Part shown: in pieces, positions 38,250 to 49,413 of the stretch
Layout: each line of letters starts with the position of its first letter
How positions within the stretch are numbered: position 1 is the first letter of the stretch
Assembly (NCBI GenBank): GCA_001643675.2
Contig: LSRY02000019.1
Location: forward strand, 620,001-684,000
From: Monocercomonoides exilis PA203
Taxonomy: Eukaryota; Protista; Preaxostyla
Direction of reading: 5' to 3'
Length of the DNA stretch: 64,000 nt
Notes under the pieces: model-generated
Told to the model about the DNA's origin: nothing
What the model saw: only the letters and a program-made list of their open reading frames with translations
Databases searched by the model: none
Translations under genes and position numbers: made by a program

Positions 38250-39078
38250 ATGATTCATATTTTACTGCTGTTGGTTTTTTTGAATCGTAATCTTTTTTGC
38301 GAAACGTCCATATATGATCTTGTTGAAAAAGAACTTTCTGAAAAGCCACCAAAACAACTGATTGTTGAAACAATTGAAGAAGGCGAAGAATGCGAAATGC
38401 TAACTAAAAAGGGACATAAAGTGAAAGTACGAAAGCAAAATTTTTCTATTAACAAATTTTCTTTTTCTAATCTTTGTGTTATTTTTTTGTTTGCATTTTT
38501 TTTTCAACTTTTACATCAAATTCATTTTCAGGTTCATTATACAGGCCGTCTTTATGGTGATGATGAAATTTTTGATAATTCGTATGAGAGAAAACAACCT
38601 TTTGAATTTGTACTTGGATTTGGACAAGTTGTTGAAGGTTTATTCGATTTCTTTTATATTTTCAAAATATTTGAAAATTCAAAACAGCTTGGGACGAAGG
38701 TCTTCTAGACATGTGTGTTGGAGAGAAAAGGCGATTAATTGTTCCTCCCTCAAAAGGATACGGAAGAAGAGGAGTTCCCGATCTTATACCTGGTTTTTAT
38801 TTTTTTTTATTTCCATTTATTTGAAGAGTTATTAATATCTTTAATTTTTTTCCATAAATTTTCAAGGGAGTGCAACTCTTGTTTATGAAATTGAACTTGT
38901 TTCTTTTGATTACACAAAGATCCACAAGAGAAAGACAGCAGCAGAAAGAATTGAAGAAAGGCGAAAAGCTGAAAAGAAGGCAATTCAGAGACAAAAACTT
39001 CAAGGAGAGCTTCAGCCCGATGGATCACGACTGGTAAACTATAAATCTACAGGAGAAGAAGAAGTTATTGAATTGTAA
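38250..39078 (+). CDS. FKBP-type peptidyl-prolyl isomerase, ER type (FKBP2-like), 4 exons
   Basis: Signal peptide [11 protein letters not shown]; [68 protein letters not shown]; ends EEEVIEL*. Confidence 0.9.
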
Positions 39079-39317
39079 TAAAAGGCTCCAATTCTCATTT
39101 CACCTTGTTGTTATTTAATTTTTTTTAAGTTTAAAGTTTTATCAATTTCATTAAAAATAATATTGCGTGTTTGTCAATTGAAATATTAGCATTTTTTTAT
39201 CAATTCTGAAAAGAGCAATAAAGTAAAAAACAAATTGAATCATAAACGCAGACATTTAATTATTTCTTATAATAGACACTTGATCTTTCACGAAGAATTA
39301 AGGTTTGTGTGATCGAA

Positions 39318-40990
39318 ATGTCATTTGTTAGAAAAAGTAAATTCCGTCATGTGTTCGGAGAGCTTGCCAAGCGTGAGTTTATGTATGAGGGCATAAAAGG
39401 AACAGGAACCACCCTCGATACAAACATGATAAAGGTGAACAACAAGTACATCTCTTACATTTGGGAAGGTTCTGGAGGAGGTGCGATTTGCGTCTTTCCT
39501 TCAACACAAGTTGGACGTCACCCAACGTCAATGCCCCTCATTCGAGGTCACACACGCCCTGTTACAGATATGGATTTTTGCCCACATGATCCAGTCTGTA
39601 CTTTTTATTTCCAAATCATTCAAAGATTTTTAATTTTGATTGTTATTTGTTTTTGACATGTTACTATTTTTTCCATCCAATGTTTTAGGATACAATTGCA
39701 ACAACATGCGAAGATTGCACAGTTCGTGTTTGGAAGATTCCAGAGAGCGGAATGCCGGCTGATGGAATTGAAGAGCCAGTGGCAGCTTTTACTGGACACG
39801 GAAGAAAATCCACTGAAGTTATTTGGAATCCATGTGCCTCAGGGATTCTTGCATCTGCAGGTGCTGATGCAACCATTAAAGTGTGGGATTTGAATTCAAA
39901 AGAAAGAGTCTTTTCAATCGATAACCAACACGGAGATGCAATCCAATCCTTCCAATGGAACCAAGCCGGAAACATGATTGGAACTCAATGCAGAGACAAA
40001 AAAATACGTTTGTTTGATGTCAGGTCCAATCAAAAAGTACTTGAAATTCAATCACATGCTGGAGTGAAAACAGCTCGTTTCCTCTTCAACAACAAAAGAA
40101 ACTGGCTCATGTCAACAGGATTTGGACAAGGAAGCAATCGTCAAGTTCTCATATGGGATGAACGAAACACAACCAAGCCAATTGTGTCCAACGTGATTGA
40201 TCAAGCATCTGGTATCATGATGCCATTCTTTGATGAAGCCACACAGATTTTGTTCATCGGGTCGAAAGGTGAGGCAAACATAAGATACTATGAACTCACT
40301 GAAGATCCTCCACACTTCTTCTACATCACCACCTTCCCTGAGGGTACACCAACACGTGGCCTCACAGCTCTTCCCAAGCAGTATGTGCATTCCGAACACT
40401 GCGAAATCATGAAGTTCTTCCGTATTACTGCAAAAGATTCTATTGAACCCATCTCATTTGTTGTTCCTCGTCGATCAGAAATGTTCCAGGCAGACATCTA
40501 CCCACCAGTGGTGGACACGACCACACCTTCAATGACAGGCGAAGAGTGGATCAAAGGCGAGAACAAACCACCAAGATATTACGTCTTCACAGCTGACGGG
40601 AAAGGGGAACACTGCAATGCAGACGAATTACCAGCAAGTGCAGCAGCTTCTCCTTCACCTGTTTGCTCTCCTATTCACAGCGGTTCGCCTTTAGCATCGT
40701 CTTCATCAACACCTTCGATTCCCGAAGGTCATGTACCAAAGGCACAGCTTGATGCTGCAAACGCTAAAATTGCAGAGTTAGAAAAGCAGCTGGCTGAAAT
40801 CAAAACAAAAGCTGAAGGAGGAAATGGATCTGCGAAAATTGAACAACTTGAAGCAGCTTTGAAAGAAAAAGACGAACACATTGCAGACACCAAAGCGAAA
40901 ATTGAAGAACTTCAAAAGGACATTGCAACAAAAGACGAAGCTATTGCAGAATTGAAGAAGCAAATGGAAGAAAAGAAAGCTGAGATGTAA
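39318..40990 (+). CDS. Coronin (WD40 actin-binding protein with C-terminal coiled coil); one intron ~39594-39688
   Basis: MSFVRKSKFRHVFG start, GHTRPVTDMDFCP, SKGEANIRYYE, IEPISFVVPRRSEMFQADIYPP. Confidence 0.95.
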
Positions 40991-41259
40991 GGAGCATTTC
41001 ACATTCCTGAATTTATGTCTTTATCGAATCACTTTGTTGCTATGATTTAAATAATTAATTTCAAAGTGTTTGTCTTTAATTTTTATTGAAGAGTGTTATT
41101 GCTCATTCCGTGTTCGCATATTTTTCTTTTCCAATTTAAATTTGTGAATAAACATGAATATTTATCGTGCTCATTCAATATGTGTAATTTATTTTTATCA
41201 AAAGAAAATCCATTAAAATTTAATGAATGGAAGAATATGTGTTTTTATTAAGTTGATTT

Positions 41260-41693
41260 ACACCAAAAATTATTCAAAATGAGAACTTTTGCGTTCAAAA
41301 TGGAAAATTTGCAAACGAATTAATAATTGTTGTAAACCTAACAAAAATTTATTCGCACTCTCACCAAATTTTGTGAAAATCAGTTTGCCACTTTTGAATC
41401 AGAAATAATTTTGTGTTGTCATTATTTTTTCGCACAAAAGATAAAAAATTTTTTTAATTTTCTATTTTTTCAAGAAAATATAAATTATTACATAAAATTT
41501 TTATTCATATGATAATATAAGATATTTACTTTTCGAATGCATAAATTTTCATTTCGTTTGAAAATTTTTCATTTCGAACGCAAAATTATTAATTTGAATG
41601 AAAAATTATTATTATGAATGAAATTTTTATTTATTCGTTTGCAAAATTATTTATTCGATTGCAAAAATTCTCATTTAGAATAATTTTTGGTGC
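41260..41693. mobile_element. Non-autonomous TIR element (~430 bp) with subterminal ~20-bp tandem repeats
   Basis: CACCAAAAATTATTCAAAATGAGAACTTTTGC (41261-) versus reverse complement of GCAAAAATTCTCATTTAGAATAATTTTTGGTG (-41692), 2 mismatches in 32; ATTT on both flanks. Confidence 0.65.
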
Positions 41694-41861
41694 ATTTATC
41701 TGAAAGAGAGTTAATAAAGATTCAAATCTCATCAAAAGAATGAATTATGAACAGTTATCTGCAAAAGTTGATTGTTTAATCAATATGAAACATTTTTGTC
41801 TGTTCTCCAAATTGAAAGGTTAAAGATTAATAATAAATAATAAGAATAAAAATTTTCTTTA

Positions 41862-41895
<34 letters not shown>

Positions 41896-42141
41896 TTATT
41901 TTCTTTTATTTTTATTATTATTTAATTTAATTTAATTTTATTTTATTTTATTTTATTTTTATTTTTATTTTTTAATGAATGAAGTGATCTACAGTAACAA
42001 AAATTTAAAAGTCGTTCGGCACAGATATAATTTTTAACATATTATTTTCTACGAAATGAAAAAAAAGCCTCGCTCACATTAAAGTTTTATGATTTCATAT
42101 TTTTATACTGTTTGTGTTTATAAAAGTGCACTCTTTCAATT

Positions 42142-42479
42142 ACTGTGGACAGTGACATTATCTCAACAACCGTTGACAATTTCATTTCTTCAATTAACAC
42201 AATTATTTCTTAAATAATTACAAATTAGTAAGACATACAGAAATGAAACAACTTTCTCCCAAGAATAAAAAACGAAACGCTTTCAATTTTCGGAGAAACT
42301 CGGAGAATCTAATTTCTCTGGGTTTCTCCGAAAAGAAAAAATAATTCTAATGAAATTTCACTATGTTGGAAAAAAGATTTCAACAATTCATATTAATTCA
42401 TGTTCAATGAGGGAATAATTGGGCTAATTATCAAAAAGCTGCTGTCAACGGTTGTTGAGATAATGCCACTGTCCACAGT
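42142..42479. mobile_element. MITE with 37-bp TIRs and a central hairpin
   Basis: ACTGTGGACAGTGACATTATCTCAACAACCGTTGACA (42142-78) is inverted at 42443-79 with 1 mismatch; internal palindrome TTTCGGAGAAACTC...GGGTTTCTCCGAAA at ~42288-42333. Confidence 0.75.
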
Positions 42480-43168
42480 TATTAAAAGTGTTCACAATTA
42501 TTAACACTAACCATACACCATTATGTATTTAAATTTGGAAAACTTTTTAAACAAAATGAAAAAATCCGTACAATTTTTATCAAAAAAATAATTGTGATTA
42601 ATTGGTTTTTGGCTTTTTATTAGAAAGTGATGAATATGTAATATTTTGTTATTATTCGTTTAAATATTGGGGAAAATACGGACTTTCAAGCTTTTTTTGC
42701 ACAAAGCACAAAAAATTGCTTCACTCATAACTTAATTTCGCTTTCTCAGATTTTGAAATGAATTTGATTTTCATATCCTAAAACATGCATCGTCGAAATC
42801 AAAACATGAAGTTTCCCAACATTTCACGAATGTCAAAAAATGTACCCATTTTTGTTGTGTTTTTTGATATGAAAAAGTCAATGAAAAGTGCATAATTTTT
42901 CAATGAATATGCTTGATTAAAAATATTTTGACCCATATTGTAAAAATGAACATCAATTTGTGTTATTTTGCAAATAAACATGAATTTTTCACTTTTTCAG
43001 ATGACAATAATTATCCTTGAAATCTGATCATTTTCAAACGAATCAATGTCAAATTGTTAAATTATAGATAACATGATCTAGATAAATTATTTGCCTCAAT
43101 TTTCAAAACTGAATTCAAAAAATTTTCTCGATTGAATAAATAAATCAATGCACTTACGGAATTCTTTA

Positions 43169-43529
43169 TATAGTTTGTGCAAAAAAACCGGACAAGATCG
43201 ATTTCTCAATAACCGCAAGAAGAAAAATTCTGATAATTTTCCTCAAATTATATCTCATCAACACAAACTCGAGTGACATAAAAGACTTTCAGGACAGCTT
43301 CGCTTGAGCTCAGAAAAAATATATATCGAAATCTCCGAGAAACTCAAAATCCTATTTCTCGGAGATTTCGATATATATTTTTTCTGAGCTCAAGCGAAGC
43401 TGTCCTGAAAGTCTTTTATGTCACTCGAGTTTGTGTTGATGAGATATAATTTGAGGAAAATTATCAGAATTTTTCTTCTTGCGGTTATTGAGAAATCGAT
43501 CTTGTCCGGTTTTTTTTGCACAAACTATA
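43169..43529. mobile_element. Foldback MITE: near-perfect 174-bp-arm palindrome with 12-nt loop, TA flanks (Tc1/mariner-like)
   Basis: Arms 43169-43342 and 43355-43529 are identical except for one homopolymer indel; related diverged copy at 60181-60781. Confidence 0.85.
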
Positions 43530-44516
43530 ATTCATTAAATACTTTTCTTTAAAAGGAGATATAACTTTGAGGTGTTTATTTTTCGTTATTCAAAGTGAAT
43601 TCTCAATCAGAATATTATGATAGAGAAAATATGGCTTCAATAATTATCACTTATATATTTAAATAATTCTCAGCGATGTAAAATAATGAAGTTAATAAGT
43701 ATTCTGTTTATTTTTATTTGTTCAAAAAAGCTTTGTAAACAAGAATAATAAGGAAACAAAAAATTTTTTATAGTTTCCAATAAATTCCTCTCATATTAAT
43801 TGAATCCAAATATTTTGAAAAAAAGAATTATTTAAAACACAAATTATTAGATGAATTTTGAATAGATTTTTTATATTCAAAAAAACTAGGTTTATTCAAA
43901 TGAACTCATGTTTATTCGAATATATCGAGTTAATTTGAATAAACTGAGTTCATTTAAGATAGACAGAGTTCATTTGAGTTACGAAAATTTTTGATAAAAA
44001 ACAAGTATTTTAAATGAGTCAAAAATACATTGCAAAAACAAACAAATATAATATGTATATTGACAATAATGTTTTGGAAATTATTTTTGTTACTTTCGTC
44101 AAATAATTTGTTTTTTTATATATATTAAGATCTCATTTTTCTATGCCAAATAACTTCTTGCGAGTAATAAAAAATCATTTGTTCATTTCTTCAATAATTA
44201 ATTAAAATTGTTTTTTTCTTTTCTTGACTTTTCTTTTCTTTTGTGCAATATGATAAAATTAGTGAAGCATTTGTGTAACTGTTATCAAAATAAAACATAC
44301 GAAGAAAACAAGAATGTTTTTTTACTTAATCTTTTGAGGTATCGAAATAGAACAATAGAAAAATGAATCTCATCAAGAAATTAATGAAATATTCATTCCT
44401 TTGTTCAAATTGACAAAAAAAATGCAATTGTCGTTCATATAAATATGAGTTGAAAATTGTGCTCCTGTATTTTCGTTTGTTTTCGAAATATTTCGATAGT
44501 CAATGATAAAAAATTG

Positions 44517-46184
44517 TTACATGAATGAAGTTTTTCGAATTGCTTTTCTTTCGGAGTTTGCACGTGTATTAATATCTCTTGTTTTCTTTCTTTCTTTTTC
44601 TTTATAACACTCAAACACTTCTGTTTTCTTAAAACAATTTCCATCATCATCTTCCAGTCTGTGATAGTCAATAACCAAATTAGTCAACCAACATGCTATT
44701 TTTGCATCTGTTCCAACGTTTTCTCTGCCTCCTGAGTAGGTTTCAGAAAGTCTGAGCCAAAGCTTTTTCATCCGGCCGAAAAACCATTCAACAGGAATGA
44801 TGCATCTAGCAATGCTCTTGTTGAATTCATCAATACTCAGAGAATCCAATTCTTGTTCGGTGAGTCGGTCGAATATGGAGCTAGAGGATTCAGTCGTTGA
44901 TGATGATGATGCGCTTTTTGTAAATGATGAAATGAAAGAATCAATGAATGAAAATTGTGACAAGGCTTGTGATGATGATTTCATTGTTTCAGGAAAAGAA
45001 TCAGAAGGAAGTTGGGTGAAAGCTTGGGAGCATTCAGGGAAAGTGGAATGTGATTCAGTTTGAGGAATAAGATGAAGCTGAGGGGGGTGCAGGGAGTGGA
45101 GGGAGTTGTTGTGGAGATGTGAAAGAAGGAGAGGAAGGGGGAGAGGAAGTGGGAGAAGGAAAACGAGAAGGAGAAGGAAGCTTGGCTATTTCTGATGAAA
45201 ATTTGACGGAAGTCAATTCTTGGAAAAAACATTTCTTGATGGGAGTGATTAATCGAATGTTTGGGAAATGTCCTTGATATCCTTTGTCTCCCATGATCGC
45301 CCAGCTATCATTCCTTAAATCTTGTAAATTCCTTATTCTTTCTTCATCAGTTTTTTCTTATATTCCTCATATCTTTTCATTTTTTTCCGAAATAGGAAAA
45401 CATCATGTTTTCCTCCTTCAATCGCGTCAGAAACGAACAAAGCCTTGTGAGGTTTCCAAGATGAAACAGCCACTTCGATTTTGATGCAGTAAACTGAATG
45501 ATGTGCATCAAACAGTTTTTTCCCTTCGGTGAATGTGGTAGAAATGGGATACGGCACTTTAATTGTCGTTGCATCGACTAACAAAGCAACATTAGGAAAT
45601 TCTTCGTTGGGAATTGTTGGAGGCCTAGGTGGAGTGGAGAAAATTTCATTCAACGCAGAAAGCAATGCGGGACATGCATCAGTCAAACAGTTGCTTGCCA
45701 TTGATTGAGATATACCCATTAAAGATGAAATCCTCTCCAAGGTCGTCCTGCTGGACAGCCACTTAAGATACACTATAAGCTTATCATGTGGTGAAAGAGT
45801 TGATGGAGGCCCTTTTTTCGGTGCGCTGTTCACGATAGATTTTATCAAATTTCCAAGTTCAACAATTGTTGTTTTTGGTAAACGTAAATGCTCATCATTG
45901 GTGAAATGAAGAAAATGATCGGTGATAAATCCTAGTGATTCATCTTTTTTCTCTTCATCTTGATTAACATCAGTCTTTTCTATTTTTTCCAATTGTTTTG
46001 TTTTCCTATCCTGCAGTTCGTCAAAATCCGGCTGTTTCCGCTTCGGTTTTTCATTTCGCAGATGAACAGATTGCTTCATTTTTTTGAATCTTTTCTCTTT
46101 GATTTTTGTTGAATTCAGAGTATATTTTGAAGGCGACTCTTTAATAGAGGGACTATCTGCAGTTTTTTGAATTTTTGAATTCAA
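44517..46184 (-). pseudogene. DDE_Tnp_4 (IS5/Harbinger-like) transposase, frameshifted
   Basis: HTH 'LSPHDKLIVYLKWL..ISSLMGISQS', 'LLVDATTI', 'HHSVYCIKIEVAV', 'GGKHD', 'WAIMGDKGYQG..LITPIKK', 'FNKSIARCIIPVEWFFGRMKKLW'; frame changes in an A run (~45351-56) and probably a C run (~45082-87). Confidence 0.85.
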
Positions 46185-46249
46185 ATGAACTCTTGTTTCG
46201 TTGTAAACAAATGGTGTTGTTTGATTAGCAACATTTAAAACATTTGATG

Positions 46250-48648
46250 TTGATGGAACAGTTTGTTAATGAGATGAATTATCTTCATTTTGGGAAAGAT
46301 TTTCACAGGATTTATTTTCAAGTATGCATTAAATTCAAAATCGTTTTGATCAAACGATGGGCATTCCACATTCTTTTCCCTGCATATTCAAGTTCAAATG
46401 TCAACAATACGAAAAATACAAAATGAAAACCTTCCAATGTGTGAATCTTCATCATCTCAAGGAATTCCAAAGAAAGCAATTAAGCTTGTGCCAGACAATA
46501 ACGACATTTTTCGAAATAAATAAAATTCTTACAAAATTATGGGGAAAATTAAACATCAGCACTGAACAATGATTCGAACTTTCACACTGAACATTTAAAT
46601 CGAGATACATCATCCGTATTTGTTAAAATCTTCTTGAAAAGATATCATATTGAGAGACTCTCCAAAAAAACATGATCAGTTAAACAAAAAGTTAAATAAA
46701 AGTTAAACAAACATTGCTTTTGAAAAGATGATTGAATTTAGCTCACCAGACTCATTCATTTCTGACAAATTGAAAATGAAGACAAATTAGTAAATTAATA
46801 TTGAGGTGCATCCAGAAATTCGAATATTCAAAAATGTTAAAAGTACGTTGAACGAATTTTCTAATTATTCGTAACGTATATAAGTTTTGCGAATAAAGCA
46901 ATACTCAAATGTGAAAAACATGGATTGTTTTCCTTGTGAGTTATGGTCTATTCAATTGTTTCAAAACTTTCAGAAGCTTTTTCGAAATTATATTGTTTTT
47001 TCACATTCTTTTTCCTCTTATGTCCTTTTTTTCCATAAGAAATGGTTATTTTCACAGGCTCCTGGTCATCTTCATGTGCTGCAAAGGAGAAGGTGTAATA
47101 ACAAAGTTCCAAAATTCCATTTCAAGAATCAGCTTTTAATTGGAAAAAGTTGATGAATTCGGATCAGCTAAAATGTTCAGTGCAAATCCTGTGAAATTGT
47201 AGAATAAATGCTTCAATTTCTCACAGGCCTCAAAATGATGTGTGGTTCATGAGGTTCCGTTTTTGGAGATCAGAACTTTAAAAACTTTTGTCGGAGAAGA
47301 TATGATGAGAAGAAGGATGTGAGCTGACAACAAAATGAGAAGAGAGATGAAGCTGTCAGTAATTTTGTACAGCAAAAGTTCTGTTCATTCGAATGCTCCA
47401 AAGAGAGTATGGCTGATTTCTCTGGATACATCGATTTTTTTTGAATAACTGCTCATACTCAGGTTGTAGTTGATACACCAAAAGGAAAATAGCTTTGTTG
47501 ATGCTGTTCTGCTCTTTCGCTGGAGTGTGAACTAATCTGTTTGTCGGAAGCTTAGGTTTCTTCACTTCTCATTTTCAAAATGAAGCTTAAAGATTAGAAG
47601 ATTTGTTTGTGCAGAATAATTCGCTTATCCATTAAAAAAATACAGCAATAATAACAAAAAAGCTTCAATTTCTAATTCTTCGTTTGTGAATTGTCGATCT
47701 TGGCTGTATATGTGACGATTGAGAAAGGATTGTTTTTTCACCACAATCCATTTTTTCTTTATATTCTTCACTCCGGATAATATCATCTGCTTCGATTCTG
47801 CTTCGCTGACTATTTCGAGCTTGAAGGGAGGAGATGGGGAGAAAGATAATTCTTCGATGTGGATTCTGGATGATGAATGCAGCCTGGAAGGGATGGCAGG
47901 AGAAAGGGAATCGTCCTTCTTCGTTCCCAAGCTGGAAGAGGCTTCGGCCAGCGAAAATAGATGTGGGACTGAAATTAAATTCAAAGGGAGAGATTATTCT
48001 GCTATGTGATTCGTCATTCCGACTGACTTTGTCATCTGGAGATTCAGACCTGATTTAGACATATCACTTTGAAGAAGATGGTTTTGTGAGTGAAACGGAA
48101 GCAGTTGGGATGGTGTTTTCGAAAAATTACTCTTTGACCCCGGATGAAACAGAGGTTTCTGTGATGATTGTGTATGGGAAGCGGTTGTCTGAAACTGATT
48201 TATTTGTTCTGAGGAGCAAAAGAAAGTTGAAAGAAAATGGAGAGGAAAGGATTGTTGAAGGAGGAAAAGAAGTGAAATCGTATTGGTCGTTGATTGTTTG
48301 CATTGAAATTGTTGTATCACTGCTTGTAGTCATTGATGTTCTGGCTGTTTGAGGAAGAAGGGAAAGAATGAAGCCGAAGATTAGAAAGATATTGTGAACG
48401 ATAACAGCAGAAAGGATTCGAAGAAGTTTGGGATGGTGACGATGGAGATTTCTTTTGACGCTCAGTGGATGAAAGCAAATGCTGATTCATTAAAGAAGAA
48501 TCAAGTGTGGCTTTTTGAATAAAAATCTGATGAAATAATTGATTCATAAGCCGTAAATAAAGAAAGTTGATATCGAAAGCTGCATCAACCCATGTATTCA
48601 GCTTCGCGCTTCAGTACTACGGAAAATGTCAGTGATTAATCGCTCCAT
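46250..48648 (-). pseudogene. Degraded coding sequence inside the PHIS element (second ORF or N-terminal extension)
   Basis: Chain of short overlapping minus-strand ORFs (48547-48317, 48333-48127, 47984-47625, 47565-47356) with coding-like composition, broken by stops and frameshifts. Confidence 0.35.
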
Positions 48649-49413
48649 GAACACTAACAGAAACAAATTTTTATTTGAGATATTTAATTACGTGATGATC
48701 ACATTTTTTGTTAATGAGAAAAAACAGTACATGACAATGAGAATAAAATGATATTTTCTTTCATTTCACGTTGATTCTATCAAATAAAATCTTCTTTTAA
48801 CATATCTCTGTTTTTGTTTAAGAATAAAGAAAAATCTCTGTTTTTTTGAATTTTTCAATTTTATTGATGATGAAATGAAAAATAAAACGAAAAATATTTT
48901 AATTAGTGTTCACCACTTTTTCATAAAAACTTTATTTAAGTGTATAGCACTTTATTCAAGTGTCACTTCGGCCATTTAAAATAACATGACATCATTTAAG
49001 AAAAACCCAGTTCATTCAAATAAAATGAATTTATTCAAATAAAAAAATTCTATTCACAATTCATCTATTGTTACAAATTCTTACGATTTTGTTTATTTCT
49101 TTTCTCACAAATATAACGTTGTTGTTCAATTTTAAAGAGTTTCACGATAAATGGAAATGATAAAAATTTATTCTCAAAATTTTATTTGAGATATCAAAAT
49201 TTCCAGTTAGTATATACAAAAATTGTTGATTACAATACATTCTATCTTCGAAAGCTCAAAGGATTTTCTAAATAATCATTCTTTTTAATATAAATGATGT
49301 TTAAATGGATTTTTCGTCAGTTCCTAACGGAATTCTATCCGGATCACATTCCTATTATAAAAGAATAAGGATCAAAACAGTCAGTAAATTCTCCATTAGT
49401 AATCTTATGCACA

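Larger units (their letters stand above)
43849..49066 (-). mobile_element. PHIS (PIF/Harbinger-ISL2EU-related) DNA transposon, ~5.2 kb, with ATT target-site duplication
   Basis: TIRs AGATGAATTTTGAATAG / CTATTCACAATTCATCT (1 mismatch), ATT on both flanks (43846-48, 49067-69), internal DDE_Tnp_4-type transposase. Confidence 0.6.

Noticed and set aside
41532-41680. CRISPR-like periodic repeats
   Set aside because: Degenerate tandem units without spacers, within a TIR element in a eukaryotic genome
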